IMG/VR virus record: IMGVR_UViG_3300045988_094874
Coordinates: 231-64,230 of that record
Strand: one strand, 5' to 3'
Origin: a virus
Length of the DNA stretch: 64,000 nucleotides
Below, one piece after another: positions 56,014 to 64,000 of the stretch. Position 1 is the stretch's first letter. Each line of letters starts with the position of its first letter. The position numbers were made by a program, and so were the translations under genes. Under the pieces are notes generated by a model. It was given only the letters and a program-made list of their open reading frames with translations. It was not told where the DNA came from and did not search any database.

Positions 56014-56595
56014 CTATTTATTGAATTTCAATTCTTCAATAACTTTGGCTGTACCATGTTGCAAGCGGTACTTGTTGATAAGCTCCATAACTTCCTCCAT
56101 GGAAGATGGGTCAAAGGTCTGGTCATAGTCATTCACAAACTCATCTTCTTTGATGTGCTTAGTACCCTTAACCTCTGGTTTGCCCTTAGCGTCTGGACCT
56201 ATAATATAGCCAACAATGAAGTTAGCGTAGATATGTCCAGAAGATTGGTCCATAAGAGCTCGTTGGTCAACAACAAAGACATAAACATCACTCTCCTTAC
56301 CTTTAGCGTCTGTGTGCTTCTCAATTTTCACACGGTTATCAAATGCAATCTCTACGTTAACAGCGTAGGAAGTGCGAGGTGTACGAAGCAAGTTTCCTCC
56401 ACGTCCAAATGTTGGTACTTTCTCCGCTAAGTTAAATTGACCTCCGTTAAGCAGTACGTCTGCGTCAAGGTCAGTCATATCAGCATAGTTTCGTAGTGTA
56501 TACACAGGCTTACCGTTACGGACATACTCAGGCTTAATAGCCCCTCGTTTTTCCTCGATAAATCCTAGTACATCTGTAATAATTGAAGACATCAA
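56014..56595 (-). CDS. hypothetical head protein
   Basis: ORF. Confidence 0.45.
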   Translation of the reverse strand: MMSSIITDVLGFIEEKRGAIKPEYVRNGKPVYTLRNYADMTDLDADVLLNGGQFNLAEKVPTFGRGGNLLRTPRTSYAVNVEIAFDNRVKIEKHTDAKGKESDVYVFVVDQRALMDQSSGHIYANFIVGYIIGPDAKGKPEVKGTKHIKEDEFVNDYDQTFDPSSMEEVMELINKYRLQHGTAKVIEELKFNK

Positions 56596-56906
56596 ATACT
56601 CCTTTGTCTCTTATACATCTTTTGCAACTCATTTTGTTGCTGTTCAGCGTATCGTTCCTGCATTTCAGCAGTGATTACCTCATACTCATAAGGCTTAGGC
56701 TCTCCATAGTCCTTTACATGGTCTGCTCTGCCCTTCTCATCTAGGCTAATGTACTGGCTATAAGCCTCAAAAGCCTTAGAGTTAGCGACCTTAGCATATA
56801 ATACTCCAATATCTGTGTAAGTTGTATCATCCATGAGAGTTAAGTAAGGAATATTATACTCCTTAGTCAAGACAAGCACCTGCTCATCTATCTCATCGAG
56901 TGGCAC
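56592..56906 (-). CDS. hypothetical protein
   Basis: ORF. Confidence 0.4.
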   Translation of the reverse strand: MPLDEIDEQVLVLTKEYNIPYLTLMDDTTYTDIGVLYAKVANSKAFEAYSQYISLDEKGRADHVKDYGEPKPYEYEVITAEMQERYAEQQQNELQKMYKRQRSI

Positions 56907-56997
56907 AGGGACTACATCATCATATGCAAGCCCCTTCCACTCCTCTCTCTCTTGAATAACTCCACAGGTGAGTGCCCAGCCATAGTTAATCAGGTAA

Positions 56998-57543
56998 CTA
57001 ATCTGTCTGAAAAAAGCTGGGATTATTCTGCATGATTTTCAGTACGTTCTCCATCATAGAAGCGTCTGTGATGTACTGAATAAGATTTGTAGAAACTCCT
57101 AAGACCTCCACAATAATCTTTTCACAGGCGTCAATAACGTTATCGTCAAAAATTTCATATAGCTTGAAGAAGTCCTCCGCTGTGTAAACATCAGTAGAGC
57201 CGTCTTCTTTGAAATTAGTGAAGGCAATAGCCACACGGGAAGCATAGTTACGAACCTTCCGCCCAATACGTGCTGAGATAAAGCGCTGTTTAGCCTCTAC
57301 CTTTTGCACATAGGCTGTACCATTCATAACCAGCTCAAGGTCTGATGTTGAAGCGTCAAAATCCTCAGGCACAGGAAGCCAAAATTCTAGTTCGTAGTCT
57401 ACCTTACGTGTCTCTCCAACTCTTCGTGTATCTCCACTAACTACTTTACCCGAGCCAGTAGCTACAGCCATTGGCGTATCATCATGAACTGCTTCTACGA
57501 AAGCTTCGTTCAAGTCTTCAACAGTAACTTTCTTTCTAGGCAT
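56998..57543 (-). CDS. hypothetical head protein
   Basis: ORF. Confidence 0.45.
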   Translation of the reverse strand: MPRKKVTVEDLNEAFVEAVHDDTPMAVATGSGKVVSGDTRRVGETRKVDYELEFWLPVPEDFDASTSDLELVMNGTAYVQKVEAKQRFISARIGRKVRNYASRVAIAFTNFKEDGSTDVYTAEDFFKLYEIFDDNVIDACEKIIVEVLGVSTNLIQYITDASMMENVLKIMQNNPSFFQTD

Positions 57544-57554
57544 TGTATATCTCC

Positions 57555-58952
57555 TTAAATAATTAGATTTTTATCCAGATAAGCTTCTGCCTTCTCTGGG
57601 TTGATTTCTTTTAGTCTATCATAAACTTCAAGAATTGTCATGTCATTACTATAGTTGTAGTCCTTAGAAAACTCATAACTTGCAAAAGTAATGTCCTGCT
57701 CATGGTGGTTGAGTCCAATCGCATTTTCAAGAAGCCGTGAACATTGACCAATGAAGTGTGTCCGCATAGGGATAATATTATTCTTCATTGAGTTGTCAAT
57801 GATACTGTGTGTACCAATATTTGATACTGTTTTCCCAAGGTCAAAGAGCCTTGCCGGAACTCCAAACATCTGTGCCACGATAGATGAGGCATACAGTGAT
57901 AAGTAGTCTAGGAAATCCACAGCCTTCGTGTCACGAGTTAATTGAAGCAGGTTCTCAAACTTACTAGAGTAGACGATAGCGTCATTATACTCTGTTTCTG
58001 AGAGCTTCTGTGAAATGTCTTCCATGTCCTTGGCAATCTTGTCAGCACGTTCCTTCTTAGCAGTACGTCCCATATCAAGAAGTTGTCCTGCACTAGGTAC
58101 AAATCCTTCTGCTTCACCCTCTTCAATGCTATCAATGATACTATCCTTTGCTTGAAGCGCAATAGTACCGATACCATTTCGTGCAATATCATAGTTCATT
58201 CTGTCAAGAATGTTCAAGAGCAACTGCACACGCTTGCGGTCCTTAAGTAGCGGACTAATACCGAATACCTTAGAGGTATCCAACTTAACACAGGCGAAAT
58301 TATCCTCAGTCACAAGGAGCAAATCGTCCTTGTACTTTTCTGGGTTTTGCAGTAAGTCCATATAGGCTTCAATATCCATACCTGAATAGCCCTTACTGTA
58401 TCCTGTGATACGGTCTACAATGGCATGAGCGTCATCTGTGCGCTTAATCACATAGCTCAATGTCTGCCTTAACACAGGGTGCTCAGGGTAAGGGATATTG
58501 ATTGCAAGAATATCTTTAGGGTGAATACCTACAAGACCTTGCCCTGAGTTATATAGCCCGTAATAACCATATTTCCGATAACCCTTGGCTACACCTTGCA
58601 GTACATCAATGTTCCGCTGACCATTAAAGTTAGTATCTTGCAAGAACTTGTGTAATAGCTTGTCCTTTTTTTCATCCTTGGTAGTAAGACGGTTAGTAAA
58701 CATGTAATACACAATGCTATCAAGGATATAGTCCACGTCAGGCAAGCTAAGAGCAAGCTTCTCAATGGTGTCAAGGTCTTTACCAATAGGCATTTCACGA
58801 TAGCCACTAGAAGTATAGAGCAATCGGTCTTCCACAGCAGAGTTAAAGAACTTATCCATGGCTTCTACGCCTTCAAGCTCCTCTGGTGTACGCCTACTAA
58901 GCTGTGCTTGCTGTGGTTTTTGTGCTTTCTTATTCTTTCTCTTTCTTCCCAT
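57555..58952 (-). CDS. portal protein candidate
   Basis: 465 aa, immediately downstream of TerL. Confidence 0.45.
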   Translation of the reverse strand: MGRKRKNKKAQKPQQAQLSRRTPEELEGVEAMDKFFNSAVEDRLLYTSSGYREMPIGKDLDTIEKLALSLPDVDYILDSIVYYMFTNRLTTKDEKKDKLLHKFLQDTNFNGQRNIDVLQGVAKGYRKYGYYGLYNSGQGLVGIHPKDILAINIPYPEHPVLRQTLSYVIKRTDDAHAIVDRITGYSKGYSGMDIEAYMDLLQNPEKYKDDLLLVTEDNFACVKLDTSKVFGISPLLKDRKRVQLLLNILDRMNYDIARNGIGTIALQAKDSIIDSIEEGEAEGFVPSAGQLLDMGRTAKKERADKIAKDMEDISQKLSETEYNDAIVYSSKFENLLQLTRDTKAVDFLDYLSLYASSIVAQMFGVPARLFDLGKTVSNIGTHSIIDNSMKNNIIPMRTHFIGQCSRLLENAIGLNHHEQDITFASYEFSKDYNYSNDMTILEVYDRLKEINPEKAEAYLDKNLII

Positions 58953-60592
58953 TAATTGTCCTCCAAATAGAATAGCTCTATGGCATGTATAGCCAACAGA
59001 ACACTATCAAGTTCGTCTGGTGACTGGTGAATTAGTTTCTTAATCTCTGATTTAGGTCTAAGTTTCACAAGGCGGTCTTCTGGTCGTTGAATTTCTGCCA
59101 CAAAGGACATCTGCCGAGCAATTCCGTCCCAGACTTTAGTCATGAAGGACACACGCTGTGCTTCCATCATTCCCCTTAACATAAGGTGCATTTCTACACG
59201 CTTATTAAAGGCATACTCGGCACTAGGGTCATGAGCTATCTTCTTAGCCTCTGTGACCTTGCCTCCGAAGTCTATATCATATACATAAGCCTTTAGCTTT
59301 CCAGAGAGCCTTGCCATCTTAAGAGGCTGAACAATGTGAGCTCCTCCTCCTGAGTCAATAGCTATGGCTCTAACTTTAAACTGATTGGCTATTGTAATAA
59401 TCTTATTAACAACGTCCCTAGCTGTAATACCATCAATCCATTCCTTAGGTTTAATATCCGTGGTATCCACAGCAGTTATGTGGCCTTCTTTGTCTATACA
59501 AGATAAGGTTACTTGAATACTGTCAGCGCCCTTGTAGGCACTGTCAACACCAAGAAACCACTCAAGGTCAGGATTAAGGGAATTAAACTCATCAAGAATA
59601 TCAGGCTGAGCGTCAAAGAAATTAGACCGTTCCACAGGAAATTCACACAGGAGGTTTTCTCTGATTGAGTCCTCTGTGATGGTAAACCCTGACTTCATAA
59701 GCTGGTCTTTTGTGTAGTTAATTGAGCCCTCTTCCATGGCTGTAACCACATCTAGCCACATGACAAACTCATCTTCTGCCAAATCTTCCTTAGTCATAAA
59801 GTCGAAGAAGCTGTTCAATGACCGTGGGTTAGAGATTAGGTACATGATGAGCTTCTCACCTGTGTCACTTTCAAACTCCCGACGTGCCATGTGTCCCAGA
59901 GCTAGTGGTGAAATATCGCTGGCTTCGTCTCCAAACATATTCCCACCACGACCAATTACGTGGATTTTAGAGGGGTCTGTAAAGTTACTACCAGCAGATA
60001 GTCCTTCTAGCTTTCCCCCGTTACGGAAGCTAAATCCTTCACTGGAGAATGAGCTCAGACCACGTTTCAGTCGCCTATCCACAGCAGATACGTCGTTTTC
60101 ATCCATACTCAGCATTTCTTTCACAGAGGGGTGAGCATTTACTAAAATTTCTCTGGCGTGTTGGATAATAATGCCTGAATACTCATTTGTAGACCCTACA
60201 GCGTAGCAGTTCTGTCCTGAAAATGCAAAATTATTACTCATAATTCCACACAGGAAGGACTTCCCATAACGAGGAGTAGCCACACAGTAGCCAGTCTTAT
60301 AATCTCCACTCAGGAAAGCTCCAAATTGCACAGCCTGTGACCACCATAGCTCAATATTGAACCTAGATAGCGCTGTTCGGAAGCCTAATTTATAATATTC
60401 AAGCTCTTTCTCAAAGCCCTTAGTCTCTCTGATACTATTTCTCTTAAAATGTTTTGGTATATACCCTTTTACTGCCTTCTTTAGCTTCTCCTTAGGAGTC
60501 ACAGTGTCCAGCAGTATGCTTAGCTTTTCCCTATTAGAGAGTAACTTCCTCTTTTTCATAGGTGAGCCAACATCTACATCTTGGGTGGGCAT
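58952..60592 (-). CDS. terminase large subunit
   Basis: Walker A ATPRYGKSF, Walker B-like NMFGDEASD, and a C-terminal RNaseH-like nuclease with LGVDSAYKGAD and IAIDSGGG. Confidence 0.7.
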   Translation of the reverse strand: MPTQDVDVGSPMKKRKLLSNREKLSILLDTVTPKEKLKKAVKGYIPKHFKRNSIRETKGFEKELEYYKLGFRTALSRFNIELWWSQAVQFGAFLSGDYKTGYCVATPRYGKSFLCGIMSNNFAFSGQNCYAVGSTNEYSGIIIQHAREILVNAHPSVKEMLSMDENDVSAVDRRLKRGLSSFSSEGFSFRNGGKLEGLSAGSNFTDPSKIHVIGRGGNMFGDEASDISPLALGHMARREFESDTGEKLIMYLISNPRSLNSFFDFMTKEDLAEDEFVMWLDVVTAMEEGSINYTKDQLMKSGFTITEDSIRENLLCEFPVERSNFFDAQPDILDEFNSLNPDLEWFLGVDSAYKGADSIQVTLSCIDKEGHITAVDTTDIKPKEWIDGITARDVVNKIITIANQFKVRAIAIDSGGGAHIVQPLKMARLSGKLKAYVYDIDFGGKVTEAKKIAHDPSAEYAFNKRVEMHLMLRGMMEAQRVSFMTKVWDGIARQMSFVAEIQRPEDRLVKLRPKSEIKKLIHQSPDELDSVLLAIHAIELFYLEDN

Positions 60593-61244
60593 AGCTAAAG
60601 TCTCCTCCTGTATAACTTAAGTAATTCACAGCTATATCATATGCGTCATCTTCTGGGTCAAGTCCCTCAATGAAGGAAATTCCCACAGGAACTCTTGTAC
60701 CATCAAGTAATCTACAAATAGGACAAGTCCGCTCATCATTCACAGAGTTCCACCGCTTGTAGATAACCTCTCCTGTGATATGGTGAAGTACCTTGGCAGT
60801 CTCCACAGAGGCTTTCTCAATAGCCATATGAACCTCTGACACAGAGATGAGCTCAATAATTGGTACTATCCTTCTATCAATCTCTTCTTGGTCTAGTCTA
60901 CCCTTCTCAGCAACCACTTCGTCTCTAATACTTAGAATATCAGCTTTCCTACTGGCAAAAATCTCTTTTAGACGTGTGTAATTGCTTCTTGCAAAGCCTG
61001 ACTGATTGATACTATTCTGTGCATTACGATACTCAACCTCATCAAGCTCTAGTCCAAGTTCATTGAGAATATACTCAAGCTCCTCATAAAACGAGTCAGT
61101 GTAAAGGTCCACAAGATAGCCAATTAAAGCCTCTTCAAAGTTGTCACTAGGCGCTTCGTTAATCACACGATTGACATACTCGCTAAGTCTTGCCTTAAAA
61201 TCATCATAGTTCCTGATGAATATCTTGTCCTGTGAATTTGCCAT
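60534..61244 (-). CDS. Mu F / SPP1 gp7-like minor head morphogenesis protein
   Basis: C-terminal CPICRLLDG...HPRCRCW matches the HPxCRC signature of the Mu F-like domain, as recalled from memory. Confidence 0.45.
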   Translation of the reverse strand: MANSQDKIFIRNYDDFKARLSEYVNRVINEAPSDNFEEALIGYLVDLYTDSFYEELEYILNELGLELDEVEYRNAQNSINQSGFARSNYTRLKEIFASRKADILSIRDEVVAEKGRLDQEEIDRRIVPIIELISVSEVHMAIEKASVETAKVLHHITGEVIYKRWNSVNDERTCPICRLLDGTRVPVGISFIEGLDPEDDAYDIAVNYLSYTGGDFSYAHPRCRCWLTYEKEEVTL

Positions 61245-61606
61245 TACAAGTCCTCAAATAATTTATCAAGACGAGCACTAGTGTAGCGCTCAAGCTCTTC
61301 AATACTTTCTGTTTCCCGGTTCAGGTTCACAGTGGTCTGTGTAGGCTTACCTTCAATACGGTTAGCCCACTCAATCCGTGCTGTGCCATTTTCGATACTT
61401 TCAAAAATCTGCTTCAAAGCGTTAATCCGCATTGGTGTAGCTGGAGGTATTTCTGCAAAGCGTTTAAGACCGAAAGCCTTCACAATTTCTTCGTCATATT
61501 CCTCAAGACCCCAGCGGATAGCATAGGCTTTTAAATCCTCAAAGGACGCAAAGCTTAGCTCACGCATTTCATCTGAGTAAAGTCTTTTCTCTGTTTTCTT
61601 AGCCAT
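61244..61606 (-). CDS. terminase small subunit candidate
   Basis: 120-aa gene at the head of the packaging block; positional only. Confidence 0.3.
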   Translation of the reverse strand: MAKKTEKRLYSDEMRELSFASFEDLKAYAIRWGLEEYDEEIVKAFGLKRFAEIPPATPMRINALKQIFESIENGTARIEWANRIEGKPTQTTVNLNRETESIEELERYTSARLDKLFEDL

Positions 61607-61795
61607 AACAACCTCTTTCTATTCAAAACAAATCCCACAGTGGTAGCACTATGGGACTCTTCGGAGCAACTTATGTATAGTATAACACTGTGTGTTCGGT
61701 AATTAGGTGATTTGCTCCTACGCCCATGTGACCTTTTACAATCACACAGGCTTAACGATACAGGAGATATATGAAATACATTGCCATAAAGGCAA

Positions 61796-61868
61796 AGAGC
61801 GTAGAGGGATTTGAACCCCCGATAGTGAGGTTGCGGCTCACGGTCTTAAACCACTTGACGATACGCTC
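61796..61868 (-). tRNA. tRNA-like element, anticodon GCA (Cys) by manual fold
   Basis: Reverse-complement folds as: acceptor GAGCGTA/TACGCTC; D arm GTC-AAGTGGTTTAA-GAC; anticodon arm GTGAG-CCGCAAC-CTCAC; T arm GGGGG-TTCAAAT-CCCTC. Position 33 is C rather than U. Its 3' portion overlaps the HNH gene's last codons. Confidence 0.45.
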
Positions 61869-62568
61869 GTATAAATTCCTTTATAGAATTTCTTTTTGTG
61901 GGAAGGTCATGTTTCTTTAACCACTTCCTATAAGCATTGTCAGAAATTCCATATCCTTTAGCTAGTTGAAGTAAACTATTTCCTGAAAGTAAATCACTTA
62001 TAAGAGTATCTTTACTAGGTATATTTGAGGCATTAATCTCCTTGTAACACTTCAAACATAGTTTTCCTCCAGTAGGCTTGTTACAAACTACACAATTTTT
62101 ATTCCTGTTATACCTATAACGTTTTATGTGCTCCTTACTATCAGGTTTCACAGGAGGTAAATCTTCCTTTGAAAATTTCTTTGTAGGATAAAATGCTTTA
62201 GGTAATAAGTCTGTTGGATAAACTTTATCTGTGCACCTACTACGTCCAGTTACACTTAACTTACATGTATTTATATTATTTGCATTTTCCTTTGGAGTAA
62301 CCCTTCTCAAGTTTGAAAAGTGGTTATTATCCTTATTTCCATCTATATGGTCTATCTGTAAACCATCTTTGGAGGAAAATCTTTCAACATTTACATAGTA
62401 ACTTAAATGGTGTGAGGAGTATGATTTAGTTTTACCATTTTCCCTTACACGGTACATGAGATACCCGTTTTGATTTCTGTAAGGTTTAAGCTTTCTAAGA
62501 TTTCCTCTAAATATGCTGTAGAGAGCTCCATACTCATCTACAAGATAATTGTCATTAAAGTATCGCAC
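61846..62568 (-). CDS. free-standing HNH homing endonuclease (NUMOD4-like N-terminus, HNH_3 core, C-terminal HTH)
   Basis: DHIDGNKDNNHFSNLRRVTPKEN HNH core. N-terminal NDNYLVDEYGALYS. C-terminal LLQLAKGYGISDNAYRKWLKKH HTH. Confidence 0.75.
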   Translation of the reverse strand: MRYFNDNYLVDEYGALYSIFRGNLRKLKPYRNQNGYLMYRVRENGKTKSYSSHHLSYYVNVERFSSKDGLQIDHIDGNKDNNHFSNLRRVTPKENANNINTCKLSVTGRSRCTDKVYPTDLLPKAFYPTKKFSKEDLPPVKPDSKEHIKRYRYNRNKNCVVCNKPTGGKLCLKCYKEINASNIPSKDTLISDLLSGNSLLQLAKGYGISDNAYRKWLKKHDLPTKRNSIKEFIRAYRQVV

Positions 62569-62674
62569 CGCACTGCTCCTTTAACTTATATAATAATTAG
62601 TATGGGGTAGTATCGGTAGTAATAGAAAGGTAATATAGAAAGGTTATATGAAAAGGTTTATAGCAAAAGTCTTC

Positions 62675-62929
62675 CTACCCCATACCTAATAGCGATTGAA
62701 TTTTATACTCCAAAGGTTTCCCTTCTTCGTAAATAATGTTTGACGGAACACAGAAGTAACTAAGCACTCCGTCCTTTAGCTCATATACTTGGCAATTATA
62801 ACACACAAGCTCCTCTGTGTCAGAAAGGTTCACACGAAGGACACGCTCTGTGTCATTTTGCTCTAGTCTTGGAAGTAGCCCGTTTGGTACTTCGTAAGTT
62901 TTTGTAGATGTCACTACTTGAACTCTCAT
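62675..62929 (-). CDS. hypothetical small protein
   Basis: ORF. Confidence 0.35.
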   Translation of the reverse strand: MRVQVVTSTKTYEVPNGLLPRLEQNDTERVLRVNLSDTEELVCYNCQVYELKDGVLSYFCVPSNIIYEEGKPLEYKIQSLLGMG

Positions 62930-63362
62930 GAAAATATTCTCCTATAAGTATCGCTTCTGCGTCGTCATCACAGATTACATCATGCCCCTTCCGTTGGCAC
63001 AAGCTGATTGCATGTTTCTTAGCCTCGGCTCGTTTGAGACCAGATAACTTGAAAAGCTTACGCCAAACCGAAGGACCAACAAAGTTGATAGACAAACCAT
63101 TTAGCTCTCTCAGAATAACTCCCTGTGTTATAGCCAAACACACAAGAGTCTTCTGATTTTTGAGAACTTTTAGCTCTTCTATGATAACCCGTTTAATCGG
63201 GTAGCTATGAAGCAATAATCTTATCTGCTCAGCCATCTCCTGTGCACGTTCTAGGTAACTATCATTTCGAGGGGAGATAACACTATGGGTAACCACTTTT
63301 CCTTGGTGGTTTAGAATGGCATATCCTGTTGAACGTGTTGAGATGTCTAAACTGAGTAACAT
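62853..63362 (-). CDS. RuvC-like Holliday junction resolvase
   Basis: N-terminal LLSLDISTRSTGYAIL with a catalytic Asp, as in RuvC. About 170 aa. Confidence 0.55.
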   Translation of the reverse strand: MLLSLDISTRSTGYAILNHQGKVVTHSVISPRNDSYLERAQEMAEQIRLLLHSYPIKRVIIEELKVLKNQKTLVCLAITQGVILRELNGLSINFVGPSVWRKLFKLSGLKRAEAKKHAISLCQRKGHDVICDDDAEAILIGEYFHESSSSDIYKNLRSTKRATSKTRAK

Positions 63363-63436
63363 ATTTCCTCCTGAGCTATGTATCTATAATACCATAAGTC
63401 TGAACACAGTGCAAGTAAAAATTACGCTTTTTAGCA

Positions 63437-63513
63437 AAGTACAGATAATACAAGTTAAAGAAATACACATAGCTCTTAGAGCTTATTCTTTATAGTGTAT
63501 TATCTGTACTTTA
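63437..63513. repeat. palindromic element, copy B
   Basis: AAAGTACAGATAATAC...GTATTATCTGTACTTT. Confidence 0.65.
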
Positions 63514-63650
63514 CTCCTGAGCTATAGGAAATGTCACAGAGAGCTCTAAGAAATTACACAAGAGAGCCTTAGATATGACACAGAGGTGGTTAGCTCTTCC
63601 TCTCCCTGTGTTCTAATTTTCTGATATGCTATTATCTGAACTTTGCAAGC

Positions 63651-63720
63651 AAAGTACAGATAATGCATATTAAAGAAATATAGCTCTGTGTTATTCTTTA
63701 TACTGTATTAATTGTACTTT
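63651..63720. repeat. palindromic element, copy C (preceded by a half-copy at 63628-63645)
   Basis: AAAGTACAGATAATGCATATTAAAGAAATA...TTATTCTTTATACTGTATTAATTGTACTTT. Confidence 0.6.
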
Positions 63721-63737
63721 ACTATGGATATTTTACC

Positions 63738-63808
63738 AAAGTACAGATATTACACTATAAAGAATAAAATACTCTGTGCCTTTCTTTACCTTGTATTATC
63801 TGTACTTT
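63738..63808. repeat. palindromic element, copy D
   Basis: CAAAGTACAGATATTACACTATAAAGAATA...TTTCTTTACCTTGTATTATCTGTACTTT. Confidence 0.6.
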
Positions 63809-63879
63809 ACTTTTTCAACCGTTTCACTATTGAAACTTCTAACCAAATATGCTACAATATTTACATGGAGGTAAGGAAA

Positions 63880-64000
63880 ATGAAATATATTTTCTCAGAT
63901 ATTAAATCACAAGAAGTTTCAAGAAAGAATAGGTTAGTATCCCCTGTGACGGCTGAATTTTTATTTAGTATATATGACACAGGGAAGTATGACTTAGAGG
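63880..64000 (+). CDS. hypothetical protein, 3'-truncated at the window edge
   Basis: GGAGGTAAGGAAAATG RBS/start. Divergent from the - strand module. Confidence 0.4.
   Translation, partial: MKYIFSDIKSQEVSRKNRLVSPVTAEFLFSIYDTGKYDLE

Noticed and set aside
27929-63362. Looked for integrase, repressor/Cro and attP to judge a temperate lifestyle.
   Set aside because: None were seen in this window, so the phage is probably virulent. The window is partial, however, and a lysogeny module elsewhere cannot be excluded.
63426-63810. Possible CRISPR array because of regularly recurring repeats.
   Set aside because: The repeats are long imperfect palindromes arranged as inverted arms with variable spacing, not direct repeats with unique spacers. 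No cas genes are present.

Overview
This 64-kb window reads as a contiguous piece of a large, probably virulent, tailed dsDNA phage of a low-GC Gram-positive host. Three observations point to a Streptococcus-like host, and this is inference only. First, an early gene encodes an LPXTG sortase-anchored surface protein. Second, the endolysin has the CHAP + GH25 architecture typical of streptococcal phage lysins. Third, perfect TTATCCACA DnaA boxes are present. The layout is as follows. (i) 1-3300 contains one truncated gene, then about 2.6 kb that is AT-rich, repeat-rich and almost free of ORFs. This stretch holds three perfect DnaA boxes and a near-consensus promoter that drives a roughly 600-nt ORF-free transcript. 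(ii) 3300-27915 on the + strand is the early/replication module. It includes a tandem array of five small paralogs, a primase-helicase, a YopX-like protein, an LPXTG protein, a family-A DNA polymerase split by two LAGLIDADG inteins, a PD-(D/E)xK nuclease, a dUTPase, and a Sak4-like ATPase with an intein in its P-loop. (iii) A bidirectional intrinsic terminator lies at about 27.9 kb. (iv) 27929-63362 on the - strand is the packaging, head, tail, lysis and fibre module. It runs from a RuvC-like resolvase and an HNH endonuclease, through a tRNA-like element, TerL, a portal, a protease-scaffold fusion, the major capsid protein and a 1508-aa tape measure protein, to a CHAP+GH73 tail lysin and a holin plus CHAP+GH25 endolysin. 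It ends with five large cysteine-rich fibre-like proteins encoded downstream of the lysis cassette. The most unusual signals fall into four groups. First, homing elements are dense: three inteins and an HNH endonuclease. Second, a recurring CxCx(D/E)CNDG cysteine-knot motif appears in the virion proteins, and the distal fibre genes share a paralogous Cys-rich N-terminal docking module. Third, a roughly 75-bp palindromic element occurs four times at module boundaries. Fourth, a lytic-type replication module carries an LPXTG cell-wall protein, and there is the DnaA-box cluster. All functional calls come from motif-level reading of the translations. No database searches were run.
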